Shown: positions 1-12,799 of the stretch, piece after piece | How positions within the stretch are numbered: position 1 is the stretch's first letter | Layout: each line of letters starts with the position of its first letter | Position numbers and translations under genes: made by a program | The notes under the pieces: model-generated | What the model was told of the DNA's origin: nothing | Database searches by the model: none | What the model saw: only the letters and a program-made list of their open reading frames with translations | Assembly (NCBI GenBank): GCA_963712815.1 | Contig: CAVQJL010000012.1 | Coordinates: 925,027-989,026, forward strand | Direction of reading: 5' to 3' | Origin: an uncultured Gammaproteobacteria bacterium | GTDB lineage: Bacteria > Pseudomonadota > Gammaproteobacteria > Steroidobacterales > Steroidobacteraceae | DNA: 64,000 bases

Positions 1-16
1 GGGGAGAGCGGTTGGT

Positions 17-3601
<3,585 letters not shown>

Positions 3602-3769
3602 GAGCAGTTCTCCCTTCGATGGGTCCACGCGGGCGTGAGCCGCAGTTTGCGGCACCGCAACAGAATTGTTAACAGGAGTTTCCGAGACGGGCCCGCCCGG
3701 CACGGGACCTGCCGGGCGACGGGCGCGCGACCCGGCCGCCCGCGGGCGTCGTCCCGGTAAACTCCACGG

Positions 3770-5728
3770 ATGACCCGAAATCATCCCGCCCGGACCGCAG
3801 CCCTGCTGCTGCTCGCCGTCCTCGGCACGGCGCAGGCCGATCCGCTGGCGCCCGCCCGAAACGAGTTCATGGCCGCCTACGAGCGCGTCGGCAAGTCGAC
3901 GACCGAGCCCGCCGCCGACGACAGCGACCAGCTGCGTGGCTACCCGCTCTATCCCTACCTGCAGGCGGCCCGGCTGCTCACCCGCCTCGAGGACCCGGTC
4001 GCCGCGACGGACATCGAGGCCTTCCTCGCGACCCACGGCGGCGCAGCGGTCGCTCGCCCGCTGCGCCGCGCCTGGTTGATGTCGCTGGCGCGGCGCGAGG
4101 CGTGGGAGCCCTACCTCGCCGCGTACCGGGACGACGTGGACGACTCCACGGCCGCCCGCTGCCACGCCCTCGCGTCGCGTGTCGTCCTCGGTCGTACCGC
4201 GGGCCTGGCCGAGGCCGTGACCGAGACCTATCTCAGCCCGCGCAGCCTGCCACCGGCCTGCGACCCCGCCTTCGACTGGCTGCGGGCCGAGGGGCACCTC
4301 ACGCCGGACCTCGTCGAGCAGCGGGCCCGGCTCGCGCTGCCGGCCGGCGAGGCGGGACTCGCCCGGTATCTCGCCCGGTCGCTGCCCGCGGAGCGGGCCG
4401 CGCCGATCGAGCAGTGGGCCGCGCTCATCGAACAGCCGCGCTCGTCGATCGAGGCGCTGATCGAGCAGCCGTCCCGCAACGTCGAGCCGGCCGCCCTGCT
4501 CGACGGCTGGTGGCGCTTCGCGCGCGCCGACGCCGAGGCCGCTGCCGCGCGCTATCCGGATTTGCTCGAGGCCCGCGGCCTCGACGCGCGGGCAGCCAGT
4601 CCGTTCGCGCTCGCCGTCGCGCAGGCGCTCTCGTGGAGCCGTCTGCCGCGATCGCTGGAGTTCTTCGCCCTCGGGCACCCCGACGATTTCGACGAGCGCG
4701 CCCACGAGTGGCACGTCCGCGCGGCACTGTGGGCCGGCGACTGGGCACGCGTCCGGCAGGCGATCGCGGCCATGCCCGAGTCGCTGCGCACGCAGCACCG
4801 CTGGCGCTACTGGGCGGCCCGGGCCGACGAGCAGCTCGACGAGCGCGAGGCCGCACGCGCGGGCTATGCGGCCGTGGTCCCGAGCGACAACTGGTATGCC
4901 GCGCTCGCCGCGGCCCGCCTCGACCAGCGCTTCACCCCGACGCTCGAGCCCCTGCCTCGCAACGAGCCGATGCTCGATCGCGTCGCCGCCGAGCCGGGCC
5001 TGGTGCGCACCCGCGAGCTGGTCCTGTGCGACATGCAGAGCGAGGCAAACCTCGAGTGGCGCGTCGCGCTCGAGGCGCTCACGCCCGAGCATCAGACCCA
5101 GGCGGTCCGGCTCGCGTCGTCGTGGGGCTGGCACCTGCAGGCCATCGCAGCCGCGGCGCGCCTCGGCCTGTTCAACGATTACGAACTGCTCTACCCGCGC
5201 CCCTTCGACGACGAGGTTCGCCGCGCGGCGCGGGCGAACCGACTGCCGCCCTCGCTCATCTACGCCGTGATCCGCCAGGAGAGCCTGTTCCGCGCCGACG
5301 CCGCCTCGGGCGCAGGCGCGCTCGGGCTGATGCAACTGCTGCCGGCGACGGCGAAAATCACGGCTCGCAAGGCCGGGTTGCCCTCACCCTCGCGCAGCGA
5401 GCTGCTCGAGCCGTCCGTCAACATCCCGCTCGGCTCGGCCTTCCTGCGCGATCTCATCGACCGCGCCGACGGGCAGCAGCCGCTTGCCGTGGCAGGCTAC
5501 AACGCAGGACCGGCGGCGGCCCGCCGCTGGCTGCCCGCCGCGCCCATGGAGACCGACGTGTGGGTGGAGAACATCCCGTTCAACGAAACCCGCGCCTACG
5601 TGCAGCGCGTGCACTGGCACGCGCTGGTGTTCGACTGGCTCGAGGACCGAAAGCCTCGCGACGCCGGGGCATGGCTCGGCCCGGTTCGCCCACTGGCCAG
5701 CTCCCCCGTGCCGTCCGCCAGCGACTGA
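3770..5728 (+). CDS. slt: Soluble lytic murein transglycosylase (Slt70-like)
   Basis: It has a signal peptide ([12 protein letters not shown]), a superhelical N-terminal region, and a C-terminal SLT domain with [25 protein letters not shown]. Confidence 0.85.
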   Translation: MTRNHPARTAALLLLAVLGTAQADPLAPARNEFMAAYERVGKSTTEPAADDSDQLRGYPLYPYLQAARLLTRLEDPVAATDIEAFLATHGGAAVARPLRRAWLMSLARREAWEPYLAAYRDDVDDSTAARCHALASRVVLGRTAGLAEAVTETYLSPRSLPPACDPAFDWLRAEGHLTPDLVEQRARLALPAGEAGLARYLARSLPAERAAPIEQWAALIEQPRSSIEALIEQPSRNVEPAALLDGWWRFARADAEAAAARYPDLLEARGLDARAASPFALAVAQALSWSRLPRSLEFFALGHPDDFDERAHEWHVRAALWAGDWARVRQAIAAMPESLRTQHRWRYWAARADEQLDEREAARAGYAAVVPSDNWYAALAAARLDQRFTPTLEPLPRNEPMLDRVAAEPGLVRTRELVLCDMQSEANLEWRVALEALTPEHQTQAVRLASSWGWHLQAIAAAARLGLFNDYELLYPRPFDDEVRRAARANRLPPSLIYAVIRQESLFRADAASGAGALGLMQLLPATAKITARKAGLPSPSRSELLEPSVNIPLGSAFLRDLIDRADGQQPLAVAGYNAGPAAARRWLPAAPMETDVWVENIPFNETRAYVQRVHWHALVFDWLEDRKPRDAGAWLGPVRPLASSPVPSASD

Positions 5729-5779
5729 CGGTGAGCGACCGGCGGCTCGCGAAGGAACGGCGGCCAGCCCCCTGCCCGC

Positions 5780-6307
5780 TCAGGCCGCGCGCGCCGCCCG
5801 GCCGCCTTCGACGGCGGCGAGCAGCGCGCCACGTTCCCGTGGCAACGGCCCGTCGGCGACGAGATCGAGCCAGTCCTGCAGGAACCGCGCGGCGAGTGGG
5901 CCCGGCACTGTGCCCTGGGCCCGGCAGGCCGTCTCGACCTCGTTGGCCGACAGGCCCAGGCGCAGCGGCACCAGGCACACGCAGGCGCGCTCGTCCTCGA
6001 GGGCGAGCAATGCGCCGAATACTGCGCCGCGATTGAGCGCGAGGCCGCGCCGCACCCACTCGACCGCATCGGCCAGCGCCGCCTCATGCTCCCTCGCGGT
6101 TGCGGCCGATGCGACGTACGCCCGAGTGGCGGCGGCGACGACGCCTTCGTCCGCGTCGCCCAGCGCGTAGGGCAGCAGCGCGGAACGCACTTCGAGACCG
6201 GCGCACACCCGGTCGCGCACCGCCTCCAACGAGCGGCGGCGTGCAGCGGCCGATTCGGCCGGCAGCCTGAGCCAGTAACTGATCAGGGCATTCGTCATCG
6301 GCGACAT
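5780..6307 (-). CDS. Hypothetical protein
   Basis: ATG at 6307 (MSPMTNALISYW) has GGAGG 7 nt upstream. The composition looks coding. I recognised no family motif. Confidence 0.5.
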   Translation of the reverse strand: MSPMTNALISYWLRLPAESAAARRRSLEAVRDRVCAGLEVRSALLPYALGDADEGVVAAATRAYVASAATAREHEAALADAVEWVRRGLALNRGAVFGALLALEDERACVCLVPLRLGLSANEVETACRAQGTVPGPLAARFLQDWLDLVADGPLPRERGALLAAVEGGRAARAA

Positions 6308-6390
6308 GGTCAAACCTCCAGGCCCTGGCAAGGGCGTTGCAGACCTGACCGGGGGTCAAACGAGCGGCGCGCGACGGGCGGGAGGCGGAG

Positions 6391-6431
6391 ACGAAAAACC
6401 CTCCGCGCCACGTGTCGAGCGCCGGAGGGTT
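6391..6431 (-). terminator. Intrinsic terminator on the minus strand
   Basis: The minus-strand transcript reads AACCCTCCGGCGC-loop-GCGCGGAGGGTT followed by a U-run (plus-strand AAAAA at 6394-6398). The stem is about 12 bp with one bulge. It lies about 160 nt downstream of the stop at 6596. Confidence 0.55.
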
Positions 6432-6595
6432 CAGAAAGCTCTTACCCGCTTCGTTGCCTTCCGGCCGCATCCGCGCCTCGCGGCGCGCACCACCTTGCCC
6501 GGGGAGGCAGGTTGGCGGGGCGTGAGCCCCTTTCGTGATGCTGGGCGCGAGTATAGTGGGCCGGCGCCCGGACCGGCAACAGAAGCTGCCGGCCC

Positions 6596-7183
6596 TCAGC
6601 CGCCGAACCAGATCCGTAGCAGCCAGTCCGTCGGGACGAACACGAACAGGACGAACCCGACGAACAGCAGCGGCACGAAGATCCAGCCCGGCCAGCGCAC
6701 GCGCTGCGCGCCGAAGCCGTAGGTCCAGTTGATGTTCTTCTCGGGCGTGCTGAGGATCCGGCTCCAAGGCAGCACCACCGCGCCGAGCGCGACCGCGCCC
6801 GGCAGCCCCACCGAGGCGTCGTAGCCGTACGCCGCGATCATCCACAGCAGCACCAGCGGCAGCGGCACGTGGAACAGCGACAGGCCGCGCAGCTGCAGCA
6901 GGCGGTCGGGCTCGAACATGTAGTCGGTCAGACCCGTGATCCGCCGCCGCAGCGCCAGTCGAAGCGCGTAATCGACGTTCCACAGCAGTTCCGGTATCAG
7001 CACCGCCACGGTGAGCACGCTCGCGAGCGCCGCACTCTCGAGCCACATTGCCGGCACCGCGCCGATGAACGCGATGTCTGAGAACCAGAGGAAATTCTTC
7101 CAGCCGTAGTGCTTCCACCACACGGCCATCACGTACAGGACGAAGGCCGTGTACGCGAGCTTGAACCACAGCGGAATGGTCAC
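6596..7183 (-). CDS. Hypothetical polytopic inner-membrane protein
   Basis: It has a GTG start and several hydrophobic segments rich in W/F/L (MTIPLWFKLAYTAFVLYVMAVWW...). It is co-oriented downstream of the GTPase gene. Confidence 0.6.
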   Translation of the reverse strand: MTIPLWFKLAYTAFVLYVMAVWWKHYGWKNFLWFSDIAFIGAVPAMWLESAALASVLTVAVLIPELLWNVDYALRLALRRRITGLTDYMFEPDRLLQLRGLSLFHVPLPLVLLWMIAAYGYDASVGLPGAVALGAVVLPWSRILSTPEKNINWTYGFGAQRVRWPGWIFVPLLFVGFVLFVFVPTDWLLRIWFGG

Positions 7184-7298
7184 GCGCTCACCAGCCCATC
7201 ACGGAGAAGTACACGAGGTACACGATACTCCAGCCGGCGGCCCGCAGCGTCCACAGCACCCGGTCGGCGCGTGCGGCCCGCGCGCGGACGGCGACGGT

Positions 7299-8339
7299 TC
7301 ACGCGTGCAGTTCGAGCACGTCCCCGTCCGCGAGGCGGTGTTCGCGGCCGACGTGCTGGCCGTCGGCCGCGACCGACGCTCCCCAGACGCGGGCGAACCT
7401 GAGCGTGCGCGCCATGTCGCGGTGGACGAGCCGGGCCGCGTCCGCCACGGTTTGCTCGCCGGCACGCAAGGTGAACGGACGATCGCGCTCCGCGGGCTTG
7501 CCGGGCGCCTTCGTGTACACGCGGATCAGCCCGAGCGCGCGCCAGAGCCGGGACCCAAGCCCGCCGAGCCCGAGCCCGGTCTGCGCCGAGACGAGCATCA
7601 CGGGGAAGTGCGGCTCCTCGAGTTCGGCCAGCACCTCGAGGTCGGTCTCGGGATGCTCGAGCAGGTCGGCCTTGTTGGCGAGCAGTAGCGTCGGCAGCCC
7701 GAGGGCGAATACATCGTCGTCCGCGGCGGATGCCGCTGTGACGGTGCCGCAGTCGCCCGGCTCGCCGGGCCACCGGGTCACGAGGTTGGTCCTGCGCTCC
7801 GCGAGCTCCGCCTGCACGGCGGCGACCTGCTGCAGGCATTCGGGATCGGCCAGGTCCACGACCAGCAGGCATGCGTCGGCGGTCTGCAGGCTGCCTGCCA
7901 GCCAGGGCAACGGATGCTCGGCGGCAACGGGCGGCAGGTCCACAAGCTGGAAGAGCACTTCCTCCCAGCGCAGCATGCCCGGCTCGGGGTACTGGGTGGT
8001 GTAGGGATACGGGCCGCTTCGGGCCCCGGAGCCCGTGAGCCGGTCGTGCAGCAACGACTTGCCGCTGTTCGGCGGGCCCACCAGCGCGATCTGCGCAGCG
8101 CCCTCGGGCCGCACCATCAGCGCCGGCCCGCCGCGGGCGCCGCCCTTCTTCGGGCCCGCGACCTCCTCGTCCAGTTCCTTGATGCGTCGCTTGAGATCGG
8201 CCTGCAGGTGATCCGTGCCCTTGTGCTTCGGGATCACGCGCAGCATTTCGCGCAGGTGCTCGAGCCGCTCCTGCGGGTCGCGTGCCTTGCGGAAGGCGTC
8301 GGCGGCAGCTTTGTACTCGGGTGAAAGATTGGCAGGCAT
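7299..8339 (-). CDS. Obg/DRG-family GTP-binding protein with a C-terminal TGS-like domain
   Basis: Start is MPANLSPEYK at 8339. It has the P-loop GPPNSGKS, FQLVDLPP (G3-like) and NKADL (G4), and a TGS-like tail (IRVYTKAPGK...GDVLELH). Confidence 0.75.
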   Translation of the reverse strand: MPANLSPEYKAAADAFRKARDPQERLEHLREMLRVIPKHKGTDHLQADLKRRIKELDEEVAGPKKGGARGGPALMVRPEGAAQIALVGPPNSGKSLLHDRLTGSGARSGPYPYTTQYPEPGMLRWEEVLFQLVDLPPVAAEHPLPWLAGSLQTADACLLVVDLADPECLQQVAAVQAELAERRTNLVTRWPGEPGDCGTVTAASAADDDVFALGLPTLLLANKADLLEHPETDLEVLAELEEPHFPVMLVSAQTGLGLGGLGSRLWRALGLIRVYTKAPGKPAERDRPFTLRAGEQTVADAARLVHRDMARTLRFARVWGASVAADGQHVGREHRLADGDVLELHA

Positions 8340-8618
8340 CTTCGGTTCGCCGGGACTGGGGCTCGAGAGGTCGGCGGTTACGAACCGGTCCGCGATCACC
8401 CGGCTTCGGACATCGCAACGATACATGGAGACGCCAGCGTGATCACCGTGGGGATTGGGGGGATCAGTATCGGGAGACGATCATGAGGTACCGGATTCTC
8501 GACCGGCGGCGGTTGGCGGGGCGCGCGGCGGTCGCACGGCGGGGATTGCACACCGGCCGTGGAGCCGGTATCCATCGGCCTGCGAATGGCCGGGTATCCC
8601 ACCCTGGAGCGAAAGATC

Positions 8619-10028
8619 GTGCAGACCCCATCCGTGGCTCCGAGCGATGCGCTGGTGATCTTCGGCATCACCGGCGACCTCGCGTACAAGAAGATCTTCC
8701 CGGCGCTCGAAAATCTCGAGCGGCGCGGACGCCTGCCGGACATCGTGGTGGGCGTGGCACGCGGCGGCATCACCCGCGACGCGCTCATCTCGCGGATGCG
8801 CGAGAGCCTTGCGCAGAACGACACCCATACCGACGCCGAGGCACTCGGCCGGCTCGAGGCGAAGCTGCAGTTCGTGGACGGCGACTACCGCGACGAGGCG
8901 ACCTTCGCGGCACTGCGCCGCGCACTCGGCAACGCAGCCCGACCCTGCCACTACCTCGCGATCCCGCCGAGCCTCTTCGCTGCCGTGGCCGGGAAGCTCG
9001 GCAGTTCGGGCTGCGCATCGGGTGCGCGCGTCGTGGTCGAGAAGCCGCTCGGCCGCGACCTGTCGAGCGCCCAGACCATCAACCGCGCGCTGCAGCAGGT
9101 CTTCGACGAGGGCTCGATCTTCCGCATCGACCATTTCCTCGGCAAGGAGCCCGTCCAGAACCTGCTCTATTTCCGCTTCGCCAACTCGATCATCGAGCCC
9201 ATCTGGAACCGCGTGCACGTCGAAAGCGTGCAGATCACCATGGCCGAGAAGTTCGGCGTGGAGGGCCGCGGGCGGCTCTACGAGGAACTCGGTGCGGTGC
9301 GCGACGTCGTGCAGAACCACCTGCTCGAAGTGCTGGCGATCCTCGCCATGGAGCCGCCGGTGGGAGCGGCCTCGGAGGCCCTGCGCGACGAGAAGACGAA
9401 GGTGCTGCGCGCGGTCCAGCACCCCGAGCGTCGCGGCATCGTGCGCGGCCAGTACGCGGGCTACCGGCACGAGGACGGCGTCGCGTCGAACTCGGACGTC
9501 GAGACCTACGCCGCGCTGCGCTTCGACATCGACTCGTGGCGCTGGGCGGGCGTGCCGTTCTTCGTCCGCTCCGGCAAGCGCCTTCCGGTGACCGCCACCG
9601 AGGTCATGGCCACGTTCCGCCAGCCACCGCAGCGCCTGTTCGACGAGTCGCTGCCGGCCCGCCCCAACTACCTGCGCTTCCGGCTCGGGCCCGATCGCGT
9701 CGCGATCGCGCTCGGCACGCGCGTCAAGTCCCCGGGCGAGGCGATGGCGGGCCGCGAGATCGAGCTCTACGCGTGTAATTCGCACGCCGACGAGATGACG
9801 CCCTACGAGCGGCTGCTCGGCGACGCGATGCGCGGCGACACCACGCTGTTCGCAAGGCAGGACTCGGTCGAGGTCGCCTGGGACATCGTCGATCGCCTGC
9901 TCGCAAGCGGCCCGCAGGCCGAGCCGTATGCGCCGGGCAGCTGGGGTCCCGCCGCCGCCGAGCGCATGGTCGAGCGCTTCGGCGGCTGGTACGACCCGCC
10001 GGCGAACGGCGACGCGCAGTGCGACTGA
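8619..10028 (+). CDS. zwf: Glucose-6-phosphate 1-dehydrogenase
   Basis: Motifs [20 protein letters not shown] and [13 protein letters not shown] are present. GTG at 8619 is preceded by GGAG. An alternative in-frame ATG lies at 8559. Confidence 0.9.
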   Translation: MQTPSVAPSDALVIFGITGDLAYKKIFPALENLERRGRLPDIVVGVARGGITRDALISRMRESLAQNDTHTDAEALGRLEAKLQFVDGDYRDEATFAALRRALGNAARPCHYLAIPPSLFAAVAGKLGSSGCASGARVVVEKPLGRDLSSAQTINRALQQVFDEGSIFRIDHFLGKEPVQNLLYFRFANSIIEPIWNRVHVESVQITMAEKFGVEGRGRLYEELGAVRDVVQNHLLEVLAILAMEPPVGAASEALRDEKTKVLRAVQHPERRGIVRGQYAGYRHEDGVASNSDVETYAALRFDIDSWRWAGVPFFVRSGKRLPVTATEVMATFRQPPQRLFDESLPARPNYLRFRLGPDRVAIALGTRVKSPGEAMAGREIELYACNSHADEMTPYERLLGDAMRGDTTLFARQDSVEVAWDIVDRLLASGPQAEPYAPGSWGPAAAERMVERFGGWYDPPANGDAQCD

Positions 10029-10128
10029 CTGGGCCCGACCCGTCAGCGAAGGACGAGTCGCGATTCCGATCGCAAACGCTTGATTTCCTTTGCGGTGCGG
10101 GGTGGGCGGAGACGCCGGTACGCGACTC

Positions 10129-11682
10129 CTAGATCCGGTCGGTCTCCCGGATGAACCGCGCGAGGTCGTCGCGGTACTTCTTCATCGACGGCCCGTGCAG
10201 GTACATCATGTGCCCGGCCTGGTAGTACTCGACCGCGATCCGCTCGCGCGCTTCCGGCGCGATGCGCAGGTGGTCGAGGTCGTGCTTCATGATGAAGTGC
10301 GGCGTGGCGAGGTCGTACCAGCCCTGCTGCACCAGCACGTGCAGTCCCGGGTTCATGGTCAGCGCGCGCGCGAGGTCGGGCACGGTGTTGGGGGCCGGCG
10401 AGAACCAGTCCTCGGTGCCCGGCTGCTTGTGCTTCCAGTCCCACTCCACGTCGAAGGCCGAGACGCGATACTCCTCGTCGCGGCCGAACTCGAGTTCGTT
10501 GTGCAGGTAGTCGAGGAACGCGGCCGTGTAGGCCGGCCCGACGGCCGGGAAGAACGGGTCGTAGTTCATGTGCTCGGCGAGCGGGTTCATCGCCGGGCCC
10601 ACGAAGCGCGAGTCGATGCGCCCGGCGATCTGGCGCTGGTCGCGCTTCAGCTCCTGCAGGAACTGCGTGTGGGTGACGCGCAGGTCGGCCTTCTCCCAGT
10701 AGTCGGGGCGGGTGCCGGTGTAGGCGGCGAGCTTGGCGGCGACCGCGCGCTTCTCCTCGGCGGAGATCGTGTAGCCGCGCGTCAGGGCCGGCAGGTACTC
10801 GTCGTAGGCGAAGCGCTCGACCTCGGCCATGTACGCCTCGAGCGAGGCGGGCTTGTTCGCGATCAGGCCGTGGTACCAGGCCGTCGCGGCGAACGTCGGC
10901 AGGTACAGCGCGTGCGGCAGGTCCACCTCGATGCCGTCCACGCCTGAGCTCGAGTTCAGGAACGGCGACACCAGCACCACGCCGTTGAGGTTCATGCCGT
11001 GCACGCTCTGCAGGTGGTCGGCGAGGCCCGCCGAGCGCATGCCGCCGTAGCTCTCGCCGAGCAGGTACTTGGGCGACGCCCAGCGCCCGTTCTCGGTGAC
11101 CCAGCGCTTGATGAACGCGCCGACGGACTTGATGTCCTGGTCCACGCCCCAAAAGTCGGCGCCCTTCGCCTCGCCGAGCGGCTTGCTGAAGCCCGTGCCG
11201 ACCGGGTCGATCATCACGATGTCGGTGACGTCGAGCACGCTGAACTCGTTCTCGACGCGCTGCGACGGCGGCGGCGGCGAGAACGCGGGATCGCTCACCA
11301 CGACGCGCCGCGGCCCGAGGATGCCCATGTGCAGCCAGATCGACGAGGAACCCGGGCCGCCGTTGTAGGCGAACATCACCGGACGGCGCGACAGGTCCTC
11401 GACCCCGTCGCGCGTGTAGGCCGTGTAGCCGAAGCGCGCGATCGGCTTGCCCTCGTCGTTCTTCATGATCAACCAGCCCGCCGTGGCGGTGTAGCGCACC
11501 ACCTCCCCGCCGATGCGAACCTTGTGCTGCGTGCGCGAGGAGCGGGGCTCGGGCGGCGGTCCCGCGTCAGCCGAGGGCTTCGCGGCCGCGTCCGGACTTG
11601 CGGTCTCGACGGCCGGCGCAGGTGCGGCCAGGGCGAGCAGCAGCGCGGCGATCGCGATCGCCGGCAGAACGCGTGTGTACAA
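10129..11682 (-). CDS. Secreted serine carboxypeptidase, S10 family
   Basis: It has a signal peptide (AIAALLLALAAPAPA), the GESYGG nucleophile motif, and an overall length of 517 aa. Confidence 0.75.
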   Translation of the reverse strand: MYTRVLPAIAIAALLLALAAPAPAVETASPDAAAKPSADAGPPPEPRSSRTQHKVRIGGEVVRYTATAGWLIMKNDEGKPIARFGYTAYTRDGVEDLSRRPVMFAYNGGPGSSSIWLHMGILGPRRVVVSDPAFSPPPPSQRVENEFSVLDVTDIVMIDPVGTGFSKPLGEAKGADFWGVDQDIKSVGAFIKRWVTENGRWASPKYLLGESYGGMRSAGLADHLQSVHGMNLNGVVLVSPFLNSSSGVDGIEVDLPHALYLPTFAATAWYHGLIANKPASLEAYMAEVERFAYDEYLPALTRGYTISAEEKRAVAAKLAAYTGTRPDYWEKADLRVTHTQFLQELKRDQRQIAGRIDSRFVGPAMNPLAEHMNYDPFFPAVGPAYTAAFLDYLHNELEFGRDEEYRVSAFDVEWDWKHKQPGTEDWFSPAPNTVPDLARALTMNPGLHVLVQQGWYDLATPHFIMKHDLDHLRIAPEARERIAVEYYQAGHMMYLHGPSMKKYRDDLARFIRETDRI

Positions 11683-11685
11683 AGG

Positions 11686-12612
11686 TCAGCCTCCCGAGTT
11701 GTTGCGCGTGACGGCGTGGCCGCCGAAGGACTGGCGCAGTCGTGCCAGCAGCCGGTCCGAATAGTCGCCGCGGCCCTGGCTGGCAAATCGCTGCATCAGT
11801 GCGAGCGTCATGACCGGCGTCGGCACGCCGAGTTCGACCGACTCGATCGCCGTCCAGCGCCCCTCGCCCGAGTCGGCCACCACCGGGGCGATGGATTCGA
11901 GCCCGGCGTCCTCCGCCAGGAACTCGGCCATGAGGTCGAGCAACCACGAGCGGATCACCGTGCCATGACGCCAGGACTCCGCGATCTTCGCGACGTCGAG
12001 TTCGAGGTCACCGCGGGCGCGGAGCAGCGCGAAGCCCTCGGCGTAGGCTTGCATGAGGCCGTACTCGATGCCGTTGTGCACCATCTTGGTGAAGTGTCCC
12101 GCGCCGCTCGGACCGCAGTGCAACCAGCCCGTCTCGGGACCGGGCGCGAGCGCGCGCAGGAAGGGCTCGACACGCTGCACCGCCTCGACGGCGCCGCCGA
12201 CCATCAGCCCGTAGCCATTCACGAGGCCCCACACGCCGCCGGAAACTCCGGCATCCACGTATCCAAGGCCCAGCGGTGCCAATTCGGCGGCGCGCCGTAT
12301 GCTGTCGCGGTACCAGGCATTCGCCCCGTCGACGACGACGTCGCCCGGCGCCAGCAACTCGCACAACTCCGCGAGTGTCGCCTCGGTCGGTGCACCGGCC
12401 GGCAGCATCATCCACAGCACGCGGGGGGCCGCCAGCGACTCCACGAGTGCGGGCAGCGTCCCGGCCACGGTCACGCCTTCCTCCCCCGCGAGGCCGGCCC
12501 GAGCACCCGCGGCACGGTCCCACGCCGCAACCTCGAGCCCGGCGCGGGCGATCCGACGGGCCATGTTCCCGCCCATGCGACCAAGTCCGACCATGCCGAT
12601 CCGATCTTTCAT
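11686..12612 (-). CDS. gnd: 6-phosphogluconate dehydrogenase, decarboxylating (short ~300-aa form)
   Basis: Start is MKDRIGMVGLGRMGGNMA (Rossmann fold). Motifs GVSGG and GHFTKMVHNGIEYG are present. The track ORF is extended upstream of the real start. Confidence 0.85.
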   Translation of the reverse strand: MKDRIGMVGLGRMGGNMARRIARAGLEVAAWDRAAGARAGLAGEEGVTVAGTLPALVESLAAPRVLWMMLPAGAPTEATLAELCELLAPGDVVVDGANAWYRDSIRRAAELAPLGLGYVDAGVSGGVWGLVNGYGLMVGGAVEAVQRVEPFLRALAPGPETGWLHCGPSGAGHFTKMVHNGIEYGLMQAYAEGFALLRARGDLELDVAKIAESWRHGTVIRSWLLDLMAEFLAEDAGLESIAPVVADSGEGRWTAIESVELGVPTPVMTLALMQRFASQGRGDYSDRLLARLRQSFGGHAVTRNNSGG

Positions 12613-12799
12613 GCGATTCCCCCTGAGTGGCTGCGGCGGGTCGGCGGATGGTGGCTTGGGACGACGGCCCGCACAAGGGGCGCGCACGCCTGCGAGAATC
12701 CGCGGCCCGGCAAAGAGATCCACGTATTTCCCGCGGCAGTGCACCGGGGTATCACTAACGCCGCCGGGGCCCGGCGGTCGGGCCCGACGAGGGATCCCG

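Noticed and set aside
3602-5335. A 578-codon N-terminal extension of fadB in the 1294-aa track ORF.
   Set aside because: The extension is antisense to slt, has junk composition, and there is a good RBS plus the canonical FadB N-terminus at 3601.
6342-6350. GACCTGACC (minus strand GGTCAGGTC) resembling the conserved core of 4.5S/SRP RNA.
   Set aside because: Only a 9-mer matches. The adjacent GGAAGGAAGCAGCC-type domain IV sequence is absent, and the site lies in the 5' leader of a protein gene.
12777-12788. Perfect palindrome GTCGGGCCCGAC upstream of ppdK.
   Set aside because: Short GC-only palindromes are expected by chance at this base composition. I found no second copy or partner regulator.
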